Assembly: GCA_044223665.1 (NCBI GenBank)
Contig: JBGALT010000015.1
Location: forward strand, 10,810 to 74,809
DNA from: Sandaracinaceae bacterium
GTDB lineage: Bacteria; Myxococcota_A; Polyangia; Polyangiales; Sandaracinaceae
DNA: 64,000 bases
Direction: 5' to 3'
Shown here: positions 39,915 through 49,022 of the stretch, piece by piece
How the letters are laid out: every line of letters begins with the position of its first letter
Numbering within the stretch: the first letter of the stretch is position 1
Notes under the pieces: model-generated
Told to the model about the DNA's origin: nothing
Seen by the model: only the letters and a program-made list of their open reading frames with translations
Databases searched by the model: none
Translations under genes and position numbers: made by a program

Positions 39915-40949
39915 TCACAGCGGGCCCACCCTCAGGCCCAGGCTGCCCCAGAGCGTGGCGACGTCCTCGGTGAGCACGAACGCGCCAGCCCGTTGAAAAC
40001 GCACGGCATTGAAGAAGACGTCGGCGCCAAGCTCGAGGACGATCGAGAGCACGTCCACGAGGTGCACGCCCCCCTCGAGCTCCATCCGCATCCCTCCCGA
40101 GACGGTCGTCACCTCGAGCGGCGGCCCGTCGAGCGCCAGCCGCCCGATGCGGACGAGGGCATCGATGCCCACGCCGCCCCACACGGGCCCGGCCTCGAGC
40201 GGTAGGAAGCGCGCGCCTGCACCGACGGTCGTCAGCACCAGGTAGCGCAGCGCGTTGGCCGGCCCGAGCACGCGCCGCTCCTCGGTGAGCTCGACGTCGG
40301 CCTCGCCGACCACGCACCACCAGGTCCCGAAGCAGACCCCCGCCGCGAGCCCGGCGGCGCCGAAGCCCTGGTCGCGCTGCGTCGCGTAGAGAAGACGGGC
40401 CCGCGCCTCGAGGACGAGGCCCGGCGTGAGCGAGGGCTCGCGGTACGGCGCCGCGAGATCCGAGAGCGCGCTCCCGTCGAGCGGCGAGAGGTCCTGCTCC
40501 TCTACCTCCCGCGGCTCGGTCGGGGGCGCGGGATCGGACGGCGCCGCATCGGCCTCGAGCGCGAGCGCCAGGCTCGCCAGTGCGATGACCACGATCCGCC
40601 GCACCGCGCTCTCGTCGGACGGCCATCCGACCGCCGTGACGTGCCGCGCGCCCGAGCCGGCGGTCCCGAACGCCAGCACACGCTCGTCCACGCGCGCGAG
40701 GCCGAGCACGCCGGGCCCGAGGGGCGGCACGGTGCCCGGTAGCGCGGCGACCTCTTCCGCCGCGAGGGGCTCGCCCACCACGACCTCGCGCTCGATCCGC
40801 CGTGAGAGCCCGGTCGCGAGGGGCTCGGCGAGCGGCCCGAGGGCCGGATCGACGCGCAGCACGAGCGGGCTGCCGCTCGGCTGCGCGCGCGCGCTCGGGC
40901 TCGCGCCGAGCACGAAGAGCAAGACCAGCCAGGGCGCCCACCACCGCAC
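39915..40949 (-). CDS. hypothetical secreted protein (possibly beta-barrel C-terminal half)
   Basis: GTG 40949 (MRWWAPWLVLLFVLGASPSARAQ). The C-terminal half alternates hydrophobic residues with Gly. Confidence 0.45.
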   Translation of the reverse strand: MRWWAPWLVLLFVLGASPSARAQPSGSPLVLRVDPALGPLAEPLATGLSRRIEREVVVGEPLAAEEVAALPGTVPPLGPGVLGLARVDERVLAFGTAGSGARHVTAVGWPSDESAVRRIVVIALASLALALEADAAPSDPAPPTEPREVEEQDLSPLDGSALSDLAAPYREPSLTPGLVLEARARLLYATQRDQGFGAAGLAAGVCFGTWWCVVGEADVELTEERRVLGPANALRYLVLTTVGAGARFLPLEAGPVWGGVGIDALVRIGRLALDGPPLEVTTVSGGMRMELEGGVHLVDVLSIVLELGADVFFNAVRFQRAGAFVLTEDVATLWGSLGLRVGPL

Positions 40950-41040
40950 GCACGCGGACGATAGCGCGGGCCGACGAGCGCGCCGCTGCGCGTGATCCTC
41001 GCGCCGAGGAGGCCGCGCTTCCGCGATCACCGGCCGCGCG

Positions 41041-41535
41041 TCAGCCGCGCTCGACCTGCACCGTGCCCTCGCCGAAGGGCGCCTCTCCGTAGTCGGACTC
41101 CGCCGGCACCTCGATGTCCAGCGCGGAGTCGTCGAGCGAGACGTCCCCGTCGAGCACCTCGATCTCCAGGGAGCGGGTGTGATCGCAGGCGACGGTGAGC
41201 TCCCAGTGCGCGCTGCGCGAGTCCTGGACGCGCTGCGTGCGAGCCAGCTCGACGCCATCTTGTCGGACGATCGCGAAGGGATCGGGCGCGCCACCACCGA
41301 CGTCCCACGGCTCACCGGAAGGCTTGGAGCGCGGCAGGTAGACGTCGATGCGGAGCCGACAGCTGTGCCCGAGCGTCGGTGTCGGTGGCGGCGGTGGCGG
41401 CGACGAGGGGGGCGCCTGCGGCGCCGCGCCACCTCCGCTGGGCGGCGCCGGGAGGTAACAGCAGGCGGTGATCAACGCGCCGAGCGAGATCCACGCGGCG
41501 ACGGGTCGAAGGCTTTCCGCGGAGCAGCCCCACAT
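41041..41535 (-). CDS. hypothetical lipoprotein with Pro-rich linker
   Basis: ATG 41535, lipobox LITAC, a PPSSPPPPPPTPT linker and a ~110-aa beta-rich domain. Confidence 0.5.
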   Translation of the reverse strand: MWGCSAESLRPVAAWISLGALITACCYLPAPPSGGGAAPQAPPSSPPPPPPTPTLGHSCRLRIDVYLPRSKPSGEPWDVGGGAPDPFAIVRQDGVELARTQRVQDSRSAHWELTVACDHTRSLEIEVLDGDVSLDDSALDIEVPAESDYGEAPFGEGTVQVERG

Positions 41536-41594
41536 CGGGCGACTGTACTGCCGCCGCCGATCGCCTGCACCCGCGTGGCGCGGAGCCCTCCGAG

Positions 41595-43751
41595 ATGCGA
41601 CGTTCCTCGCAGGTGATGACGCGGACGGATCGAGCCTTCGCGATCTCTCGAGCGCTCGCCCTCGTGCTCGTGCTCGCGGTGCCCACACGCGTGCGTGGCC
41701 AGGACGCGCCCGTTCCGCCGGAGATTGCGGCGCTCGTGCGCAGCGGAGACGACGCCGCGGCGCTCGCGGCCCTCACCGCCTTGCCCGAGCGCGATGGCGC
41801 GGCCCACTACCTCGAAGGACGCCTGCACGAGCGGCGCGGCGAGCTGAGCGAAGCCGCCGCCGCGTTCGCGCTCGCCACCGGGCTGCCTGGCGCGCTCGCC
41901 CGCGACGCGGACCTCCGTCGCGGCCGCGCTCTGCTCCATGCTGGCGATGCGGAGGGCGCGGAGGCCGCGCTCGCCCCGCTCGCGCCGGGCGACGCCCTCG
42001 TCCGCGCGCTCGTGGCCGAGGCGGTGCTCGCCCGAGGAGATGCGGCGCGCGCCCGGCCGCTGCTCGAGGCGGTGATGATCGACGCGGCGCGCGACGTCGA
42101 TACGTTCGCGGCGCGGATGGAGCTGGCGGAGGCGCAGCTCGCCCTCGGCGACCGCGAGGCCGCGACGCGAACACTGCGCACGCTCGTGGTGGCCCGTCCC
42201 GAGCACCCGGATGCAGACGAGGCGATGGCGGCGCTGCGGCTGCTCGATCCCGACGTCACGCTCACGCTCGAGGAGCACCTCGATCGCGCCGAGCGGCTGA
42301 CGCAGGCGCATCGCGCCGCCGACGCCACCGCCGAGCTCGAGGGAGTCCCGACGCCGCGCACCGGCGCCGCGCGCCTCTTGCACGTGCGCGGCATGGCGCT
42401 CTTCGAGGCGCGCCGCTACGAAGACGCCGCGGAAGTGCTGCACGACGCCGCCGCCGCGCGCGGCAGCACGACGGTGGCCACGGACGCGTTCCACGCCGCC
42501 CGTGCCCTGCTCCGCGACGGACAGAGCGTGGCGGCACGCCGCGCGCTCCGCGCGTTCGTGCGCGCGCACGCGGACGATCCGATGGCCATCGAGGCCGAGT
42601 ACCTCGCGGCGCGCAGCGAGCTCGATCAGGGTGGCGCCCACGCGGCGCGCGCGATGCAGCGCTTCGTCGACGGGCCCCGGGGTCGCCAGCCGACCGACTT
42701 CGGCCGCGAGGCGCGCTTCTCGCTCGCGATGGCGGCGCTCGATGCCGAAGACGCGGTGGACGCCGCACGGCGCTTCGAGCTCTACCGCACGAGCGTGAGC
42801 CGCGAGCTCGATCGCCACCGCGCCGACTACTGGCGCGCGCGCGCGCTCGAGCAGGCGGGCGAAGGGCGGGTGGCCTTCGATCTCTATCGCCGCCTGGCGC
42901 GCGAGGAGCCGCTCGGCTGGTACGCGATCCTCTCGCGCGGACGGCTGGTCGACGCCGGCGAGCCCGAGCCGGCGCCGCTGACCGGCGCCGCGCTTCCGGA
43001 CGAGCCCGCACCGCCCTTCGCCCTGCCCGAGGACGCGGCGCTCTACGCCGGCCTCGGGCTCGATCGGGACGCCGCCGATGCGCTGCGCCGTGCCTCGACG
43101 GGCCTGCATCGGAGCGATCCCCCGCGCGCGCTCGCGGCCGGCTACCTCTCTCTCTTCGACTTCCGTGACGCGTATCGCGTGGCCGCCTCGGAGAGCGCGC
43201 TCGAGCATCCGCCGAGCGGCGCCGCGCAGTGGGCCTGGGACGCCGCGTACCCACGCGCGTTCGAGACCGCCGTGCGCGAGGCCGCGCGCGTCACGCGCAT
43301 CGAGCCCGAGCTCGTCTGGTCGGTCATGCGCCAGGAGAGCACGTTCGATCCCGAGGTCGTGAGCTACGCCGACGCCATCGGGCTGATGCAGCTGATGCCG
43401 GCGACGGCCGCCGCCGTCGCTCGTCGCACGGGCACGAGCTACGCGCGGAACCTGCTCTTCGATGCGACGACCAACGTGCGCCTCGGCACCGCCTACCTCG
43501 CCGAGCTCCACCGCCTCTACGGCGTGCCCCTCTGCTTCTCGGCCTACAACGCCGGCGAGCACCGCGTCGAAGAGTGGCTCGCGCGCGGCGAGCGCGACCT
43601 CGATCGCTTCGTCGAGGACATCCCGTACGCGCAGACGCGCAACTACACGCGCCGCGTCACCGCGAGCCTCGCCCACTACCGCTTCCGCGACGCGCCCGAT
43701 GCCGGCTGGCCCGACCTCGGCCTCCCCGCGCGCGTCGGCCACGCGCCGTGA
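41595..43751 (+). CDS. slt: soluble lytic murein transglycosylase (Slt70-like; TPR/superhelical N-domain + SLT domain)
   Basis: The C-terminal SLT domain reads VMRQESTFDPEVVSYADAIGLMQLMPATA...AYNAGEHRV. The N-terminal ~480 aa is an Ala/Arg-rich helical repeat with a signal peptide. Confidence 0.85.
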   Translation: MRRSSQVMTRTDRAFAISRALALVLVLAVPTRVRGQDAPVPPEIAALVRSGDDAAALAALTALPERDGAAHYLEGRLHERRGELSEAAAAFALATGLPGALARDADLRRGRALLHAGDAEGAEAALAPLAPGDALVRALVAEAVLARGDAARARPLLEAVMIDAARDVDTFAARMELAEAQLALGDREAATRTLRTLVVARPEHPDADEAMAALRLLDPDVTLTLEEHLDRAERLTQAHRAADATAELEGVPTPRTGAARLLHVRGMALFEARRYEDAAEVLHDAAAARGSTTVATDAFHAARALLRDGQSVAARRALRAFVRAHADDPMAIEAEYLAARSELDQGGAHAARAMQRFVDGPRGRQPTDFGREARFSLAMAALDAEDAVDAARRFELYRTSVSRELDRHRADYWRARALEQAGEGRVAFDLYRRLAREEPLGWYAILSRGRLVDAGEPEPAPLTGAALPDEPAPPFALPEDAALYAGLGLDRDAADALRRASTGLHRSDPPRALAAGYLSLFDFRDAYRVAASESALEHPPSGAAQWAWDAAYPRAFETAVREAARVTRIEPELVWSVMRQESTFDPEVVSYADAIGLMQLMPATAAAVARRTGTSYARNLLFDATTNVRLGTAYLAELHRLYGVPLCFSAYNAGEHRVEEWLARGERDLDRFVEDIPYAQTRNYTRRVTASLAHYRFRDAPDAGWPDLGLPARVGHAP

Positions 43752-44337
43752 CGCCGACGGCCGGGTGCCGGCTGGGCCAGGCGTCGGCCGCGAGCCCGCG
43801 CGCGAGGGGCGTGAGCGCGAGCGAGGCACACGCGTAGAGAAGCGGAAGCCAGGGCGCCACGCCGAGGAGGCGAGCGTCCGCGTACGAGAAGGCGCCGCCG
43901 TGCACCAGCAGGATCTCGACGAGCGCACCGCCGAGCGCCGCGAAGGCCGCGTGCGCCGCGGCGTGGGCCATCGGGGGACGACCGCTGGCGAGGTACGTGG
44001 CGACGACGAGCGCGGCGAGGACGAGCGCACACACGGCGCCGCGAAAGACGCCGCTCGCGAGGTAGGCCCCGACGAAGAGCCCGAGCGCCGCGAGGGCGCG
44101 CCCGGGCGTCGGCGGCGGGACGACGCGCCCGAGGGCGCGCTCGACCACGACGGGGAAGGTGCCGACCGAGACGCCAGCCGCCGTGAAGAGAGGTACGGTC
44201 CACGCCGCGATCCCGAAGCGCCACGGGCTCGCGTACCAGGTCGTTCCGGTCGCGACGTGCCATGCGTCCAGAGCGACGCCGAGCGTCGCGCCGAGCAGGC
44301 CGAGGACGAGTGCCGCCCGCGAGAGGCTGCCGCGCAT
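43657..44337 (-). CDS. hypothetical multi-pass membrane protein
   Basis: Five to six TM segments. The last ~45 aa are Arg/Gly-rich and overlap the 3' end of slt by 95 nt, so the true 3' end is uncertain. Confidence 0.45.
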   Translation of the reverse strand: MRGSLSRAALVLGLLGATLGVALDAWHVATGTTWYASPWRFGIAAWTVPLFTAAGVSVGTFPVVVERALGRVVPPPTPGRALAALGLFVGAYLASGVFRGAVCALVLAALVVATYLASGRPPMAHAAAHAAFAALGGALVEILLVHGGAFSYADARLLGVAPWLPLLYACASLALTPLARGLAADAWPSRHPAVGVTARGRRARGGRGRASRHRARRGSGSGRGSR

Positions 44338-44534
44338 CGCGGAAGAGGATAGCGCGGAGTGACAGGTGTCGCCGAACGCGCGACCTCGACGGGGTGTGAT
44401 CGGTGGCGGTGCTCAGCGGCGACGCGCCGCGATCCCGGCCTTGATGCCGCGTCCGAGCAAGCTCGGACGCTCGCCCTCCCCCTCTGGGCGCTGCTCACGG
44501 CCGGTCGGCCGCTGCGCTGCGTCCTCGAAGAGCA

Positions 44535-44560
44535 GGCCTATAGCCAATTGGCTATAGGCC
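44535..44560. promoter_or_regulatory. perfect 26-bp palindrome GGCCTATAGCCAATTGGCTATAGGCC (candidate operator)
   Basis: A perfect inverted repeat with an AT-rich core in a GC-rich 415-bp divergent intergenic region. It lies 193 nt upstream of the Prx5 ATG and 198 nt from the divergent start. Confidence 0.5.
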
Positions 44561-44752
44561 CCGCCGCCAGGCGACGCCTGAAGACCGGTCTCACGACGCG
44601 ACATGCAGCAGGCCTCGACCGTTCTGCGCAGCCGCCCCGTTGCAAGACTTCACCACCGCGCTGGATCACACCCACCTCGACGCGGATGGGACGAACTGCC
44701 TCGCTCGAAGACGAGGCTGACTGCGCGCGCAGCGGCGGGTACGCTCCCGCCC

Positions 44753-45247
44753 ATGATCAAGCCCGGTGATTCCCTCCCCGAAGCCACTCTCTTCGAGTCG
44801 ACCGAGCTCGGCGAGTTCTGTCCCGTCGCGCCCGCGAAGGTGAGCACCACCGAAGCCGCGAAGGGCAAGCGCGTCGTCGTGTTCGGGCTGCCGGGCGCGT
44901 ACACGCCGACGTGCTCGGCCAAGCACGTGCCGGGCTACCTCGCGCACCTCGACGCGCTCAAGGCCAAGGGGGTCGACGAGGTCTGGTGCGTGAGCGTGAA
45001 CGACGGCTTCGTGATGGCGGCGTGGGCGAACGACGAGAAGGCGCTCGGCAAGATCCGCTTCCTCGGCGACGGCAGCGCGGAGCTGGCCAAGAAGCTCGGG
45101 CTCGACGTGGAGATCCCCGGCATGGGCGTGCGCATGAAGCGCTTCTCGATGCTGGTCGATCAGGGCGTCGTGAAGACGGTCAACGTCGAGCAGCCGGGCA
45201 AGTTCGAGGCCTCGAGCGCCGAGACCATGCTCGGGCAGCTCTCGTGA
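44753..45247 (+). CDS. Prx5-type (atypical 2-Cys) peroxiredoxin
   Basis: MIKPGDSLPEATL...VVVFGLPGAYTPTCSAKHVPGY...WCVSVNDGFVMAAW is the classic Prx5/PrxD pattern. Confidence 0.85.
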   Translation: MIKPGDSLPEATLFESTELGEFCPVAPAKVSTTEAAKGKRVVVFGLPGAYTPTCSAKHVPGYLAHLDALKAKGVDEVWCVSVNDGFVMAAWANDEKALGKIRFLGDGSAELAKKLGLDVEIPGMGVRMKRFSMLVDQGVVKTVNVEQPGKFEASSAETMLGQLS

Positions 45248-45249
45248 GC

Positions 45250-45987
45250 ATGCCGCCTCCCGCCGCGGACGAGCACGCGCTGCGCGTCGATCTCGCCGCC
45301 TGCTACCGCCTCATCGCGCTCTTCGGCTGGGATGATCTCGTCTTCACGCACATCTCGGTGAAGCTCCCCGGCGAGGAGGCCTTCCTCATCAACCCGTACG
45401 GGATGCTCTTCGACGAGATCACGGCCTCGTCGCTCGTGAAGATCGACGCGAGCGGGAACAAGCTCGCACCGAGCCCCTACCCGGTGAACCCGGCCGGCTT
45501 CGTCATCCACAGCGCGATCCACGCGGCCCGCTCCGACGTCGCGTGCGTCCTGCACACGCACACGGTCGCGGGTGTCGCCGTGTCCTCGCAGCGGGACGGG
45601 CTCTTGCCTCTGTCGCAGCAGAGCACGATCGCGCTCGCTTCGATCGGCTACCACGACTACGAGGGCATCGCGCTCCGGGACGACGAGAAGCCGCGCCTCG
45701 TGCGAGATCTCGGCGAGGCCACCTGCCTCGTGCTCCGCAACCACGGCCTGCTCACCGTCGGGCCGAGCGTCGCGGACGCGTTTCTCCAGATGTACAACCT
45801 GCAGCGCGCCTGCGAGATCCAGATCGCTGCGCAGGCCGGCGGCGCCGCGCTGGTGAGCGTCGATTCGCGGATCGTGCAGGGCGTCCGCTCGAACGTCGCG
45901 GCCGTGACGCGCGGCCTCGGCGGCGCGCTGGCGTGGCCGGGTCTCTTGCGCCGGCTCGACCGCGTGCTTGCCGGCTACGCGGACTGA
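45250..45987 (+). CDS. class II aldolase/adducin family protein
   Basis: The gene starts 2 nt after the Prx5 stop. It has FTHISVKLP, INPYGMLFDEIT, VIHSAIHAAR and CVLHTHT motifs. Confidence 0.85.
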   Translation: MPPPAADEHALRVDLAACYRLIALFGWDDLVFTHISVKLPGEEAFLINPYGMLFDEITASSLVKIDASGNKLAPSPYPVNPAGFVIHSAIHAARSDVACVLHTHTVAGVAVSSQRDGLLPLSQQSTIALASIGYHDYEGIALRDDEKPRLVRDLGEATCLVLRNHGLLTVGPSVADAFLQMYNLQRACEIQIAAQAGGAALVSVDSRIVQGVRSNVAAVTRGLGGALAWPGLLRRLDRVLAGYAD

Positions 45988-46111
45988 TGGACGAAGGCGA
46001 GCGGAGCGCGCCGGCCGAGGGCGCGAGCTCGCCGCGGCGGCCGACGATGACGTGATCTATCGGCGCGACGGGGGCCGGGGAGCGCTCGTCCGTCGCTACA
46101 ATGGCCGGGTC

Positions 46112-47032
46112 ATGCAACGCACCCCACTGGCTCTCGCGCTCGCCGCTCTCACCGTGTCGACCGCGCTCACCGGCTGCAGCTCCCCGACCTCGCGCGCCCC
46201 CGATGCGGCGCTCGGCCGCGACTCGGGCGCGGCGGTGATCGACGCGAGCCGGGGCGATGCGAACCGAGACGCGTTCACCTCGGGCACGCCCTCGTTCGTC
46301 TACGGCAGCACGCGCTCGGCGCTCTACCGTCTCGACGTCGACTCCGGCACCGTGAGCCTCGTCGGCGACTACGACTGCATCTCGCTGTCCACGGACGTCG
46401 CCGACAGCGGCGACGGAATGACGGACATCGCGATCGACGGCAACGGGCGGATGCTCGGGGTCGGCCGCGGCGCGCCCGGCGCCGACGGACACGTCCTCGT
46501 GACGGTCGACGAGACCCGCGGCAGCTGTACCCAGATCGGGCCCGTGCTCCGGGACGGCCAGCCTTCACGCGTCCAGGGCCTGAGCTTCGTTCCGGTCGGC
46601 ACGCTCGATCCGAGCGCCGAGGTGCTGATCGGCACGGACGGCTCGGGCGCCTACTTCAGGATCGATCCACGGACGGGCGCGGCGACCACGGTGGGCATCA
46701 TCATGACCGGCACGGACACGCGGGGCGGAGATCTGGTCTCGGTGCACGACGGATCGACCTGGATGATCACCAGCGACAACGCCTTGGTGACCTTCGATCT
46801 GGCGACCGGCGCCGGCCTCAGCGAGCGCGCCGTGACCGGTCTTCCCGCGGGCGAGTCGATCGGGTGGGGCATGGGCTTCTGGGCTGGGCGCGTGTACGCG
46901 TTCAGCTTCATGGGCCGGCTCTACGCCGTCGACCCCGTGAGCGGCGCGGCGGTCGAGATCCCCATCCAGGACGCGCCGCCGGACCTCTCGTTCCGCGGCG
47001 CGGCCGTCACGACGTTCGCCCCGCTGATCTGA
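46112..47032 (+). CDS. hypothetical lipoprotein (beta-propeller-like)
   Basis: Lipobox ALTGCSS, and repeated D.DG/GxxY beta-strand motifs (LYRLDVDSGTVSLVG, AYFRIDPRTGAATTVG, RLYAVDPVSGAAVEI). Confidence 0.5.
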   Translation: MQRTPLALALAALTVSTALTGCSSPTSRAPDAALGRDSGAAVIDASRGDANRDAFTSGTPSFVYGSTRSALYRLDVDSGTVSLVGDYDCISLSTDVADSGDGMTDIAIDGNGRMLGVGRGAPGADGHVLVTVDETRGSCTQIGPVLRDGQPSRVQGLSFVPVGTLDPSAEVLIGTDGSGAYFRIDPRTGAATTVGIIMTGTDTRGGDLVSVHDGSTWMITSDNALVTFDLATGAGLSERAVTGLPAGESIGWGMGFWAGRVYAFSFMGRLYAVDPVSGAAVEIPIQDAPPDLSFRGAAVTTFAPLI

Positions 47033-47050
47033 CTCGGGGCCCTCGGGACG

Positions 47051-47671
47051 TCAGAACACGCAACCGACGGTGAGTGGCTCGGACCACGCGCGCGCTCCGT
47101 CGGGCACCCCGGGGCCGGTGAGGACGAGCGCGACCCGAACCGGCGTTCCGCAGGGGACGATGTCGCAGCCCGAGAGCCCGGCGCCGCCCGCGAGGGAGCC
47201 CGCCACCTTCGAGAACGCGACCGACTGCGTGGCGCCCGGGGCGATCGCGGGGAGATCGATCGGATCCACGTCGAAGGTGGCGAGCGTCTGTCCGCCCAGC
47301 AACTGGACGAGCAGCCCGCTCTCGACGTGGAGCGGCCCGAGCGGCGAGCCCGCATCGTTGGTCACCCGAAGGGTGCCGGTGATCGGCAGCGGATCGGGAG
47401 GCACCGCGGGCATGCAGTCCTCGCTGAGCGTCGTGACGAGCGTCATCGCCGTGAACGAGACGCTCGCATCGTTGGGCGCCGGCGCGTCGAGACCGACATC
47501 GACCACGCTCGCGTCGTCTTCGACCGGTGCGGCATCGTCGCCGACGTCGGCCGTGCTCGCGTCGACGGCCCCGGCATCGGGGCCCGCCGACGGTGAGCTG
47601 CACCCCGGCGAGATCGACGCGAGCAAGAGCAGCGCCGCGCATCCACGCGCGTAGGAGGAGGAGGAGAGCAT
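47051..47671 (-). CDS. hypothetical lipoprotein
   Basis: ATG 47671, lipobox ISPGCSS, an Asp/Ala-rich linker and a ~130-aa beta domain. Confidence 0.5.
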   Translation of the reverse strand: MLSSSSYARGCAALLLLASISPGCSSPSAGPDAGAVDASTADVGDDAAPVEDDASVVDVGLDAPAPNDASVSFTAMTLVTTLSEDCMPAVPPDPLPITGTLRVTNDAGSPLGPLHVESGLLVQLLGGQTLATFDVDPIDLPAIAPGATQSVAFSKVAGSLAGGAGLSGCDIVPCGTPVRVALVLTGPGVPDGARAWSEPLTVGCVF

Positions 47672-47690
47672 CAGGCGCCGCCTTTCACGT

Positions 47691-49022
47691 TCACGGCATC
47701 GGCCGGGCGAGGGTCTCGGGCGCGACCCAGTAGATGGCATCGCCGTTGTCGTCGGCCACGTACATGCGACCGTCGGCGCCGAACGCGATGTCGGCCGGAC
47801 GCAGCATGCGCGCCGCCGCGGTGTTCTGGACGCCGAAGCCCCCGAAGAAGAGCGTGAAGCCATCCGTCGGTACGTGCGTCGTCGGATCCGTGGGCGTGCA
47901 GTAGACGCCCTCCCCCTCCCACGGCGGCGACGTGTAGAAGCTCCCGTGCTGGGCCAGACAGAACGCGCCGTTCATGGGGCCGGTCCACACGCCGGGCTCC
48001 CAGTCGAACCCGAAGGGCGAGTTGCCGAGCGGGACCACGATGTCCTCCGCGGTGACGGCGCTGCAGTCGGTCCCCGACACGGCCGGCAGGTCGGGCCCGG
48101 CGCAGCAGGGGTAGCCGTAGTCGGTGGCGGCCCGGAGCACGAAGACCTTCTCGCGCGCGCCGTACGAGCCACCGCCGTCGTCGCCCATCTCCGTCACGAC
48201 GCAGAGGTCGGTGCCCGCGCGGCAGCGCACGTACATGGGGTTGCGTAGACCGGTGGCCAGCGTCGTCGGCGCGCCGCTCGTCAGCTCCGCCACGTAGCCC
48301 GTGTCGGTGGAGGGGCACGCGGAGTAGACGACGCCGTTGGACACGTACATCGTCCCGTCGCTCGCGCGCGCCAGCCCGTGCGTCCAACGGCCTGGCGTCG
48401 GGACCGCGCTGATCACCTGCGGGGTCTCGCTCGCGGCGCGCTGGCCCGCGGTGTAGCCGACGCGCATGACCGAGCTCGTGGTCGTGAAGTACACCGCATC
48501 GGGGGCGAGCACGATGCCGTGCACGTCGGGCACGCCCGAGACGAACGTGTGCACCTCGGCCACGCCGTCGAGGTCGTCGTCCGAGAGCACGAGGATGGCT
48601 CCCGGCCCACCGCTCGCCCCGCCCGGCGTCGCGAGCGAGGGGGCGCTCACGAACAGATCGCCGTTCGGCGCCGCCGCGAGGACGCGCGGCTCCATCACCG
48701 GCGAGTGCGAGAGCACGCCGTCGGGCGAGGCCGCGAAGAGCCGCGCGCAGTAGCCCGCGGGCAGCACGGCCTCGGGCACGGGCATGCCGACGCTGCACCA
48801 CGTGCTCCCCGGCGGAGCTCCGGTGTCGTTCGCCCACGCGTCGTGGGTGGCCGCGTCGTGGGTGCCCGAGTCGCCGGGCCCCGTGTCCGCCACGCCGGAG
48901 TCGAGGGGAAGCGGCGCGGGGGGCGTCTCGCATGCAGGAGTGCAGAGCGCGAGCACGGCGACGGCGAGCGCCGCATGCGCGCGGATGGAGTGTCGGGCCA
49001 CGTCGGTCGTTCCTTTCGTCAT
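47691..49022 (-). CDS. beta-propeller lipoprotein, glucose/sorbosone dehydrogenase (GSDH)-like
   Basis: ATG 49022, lipobox LALCTPAC. PNGDLFVS, THGLARASDGTMYVSNG and RPADIAFGADGRMYVADDNGDAIYWV resemble sGDH-family blades. Confidence 0.5.
   Translation of the reverse strand: MTKGTTDVARHSIRAHAALAVAVLALCTPACETPPAPLPLDSGVADTGPGDSGTHDAATHDAWANDTGAPPGSTWCSVGMPVPEAVLPAGYCARLFAASPDGVLSHSPVMEPRVLAAAPNGDLFVSAPSLATPGGASGGPGAILVLSDDDLDGVAEVHTFVSGVPDVHGIVLAPDAVYFTTTSSVMRVGYTAGQRAASETPQVISAVPTPGRWTHGLARASDGTMYVSNGVVYSACPSTDTGYVAELTSGAPTTLATGLRNPMYVRCRAGTDLCVVTEMGDDGGGSYGAREKVFVLRAATDYGYPCCAGPDLPAVSGTDCSAVTAEDIVVPLGNSPFGFDWEPGVWTGPMNGAFCLAQHGSFYTSPPWEGEGVYCTPTDPTTHVPTDGFTLFFGGFGVQNTAAARMLRPADIAFGADGRMYVADDNGDAIYWVAPETLARPMP

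Noticed and set aside
44359-44769. 136-aa ORF filling the long Prx5 upstream intergenic region
   Set aside because: Its composition is non-protein-like (Arg/Thr/Ala-rich). It reads across the 26-bp palindrome and overlaps the Prx5 start by 17 nt in another frame, and it has no RBS or motif. The region is more likely regulatory.
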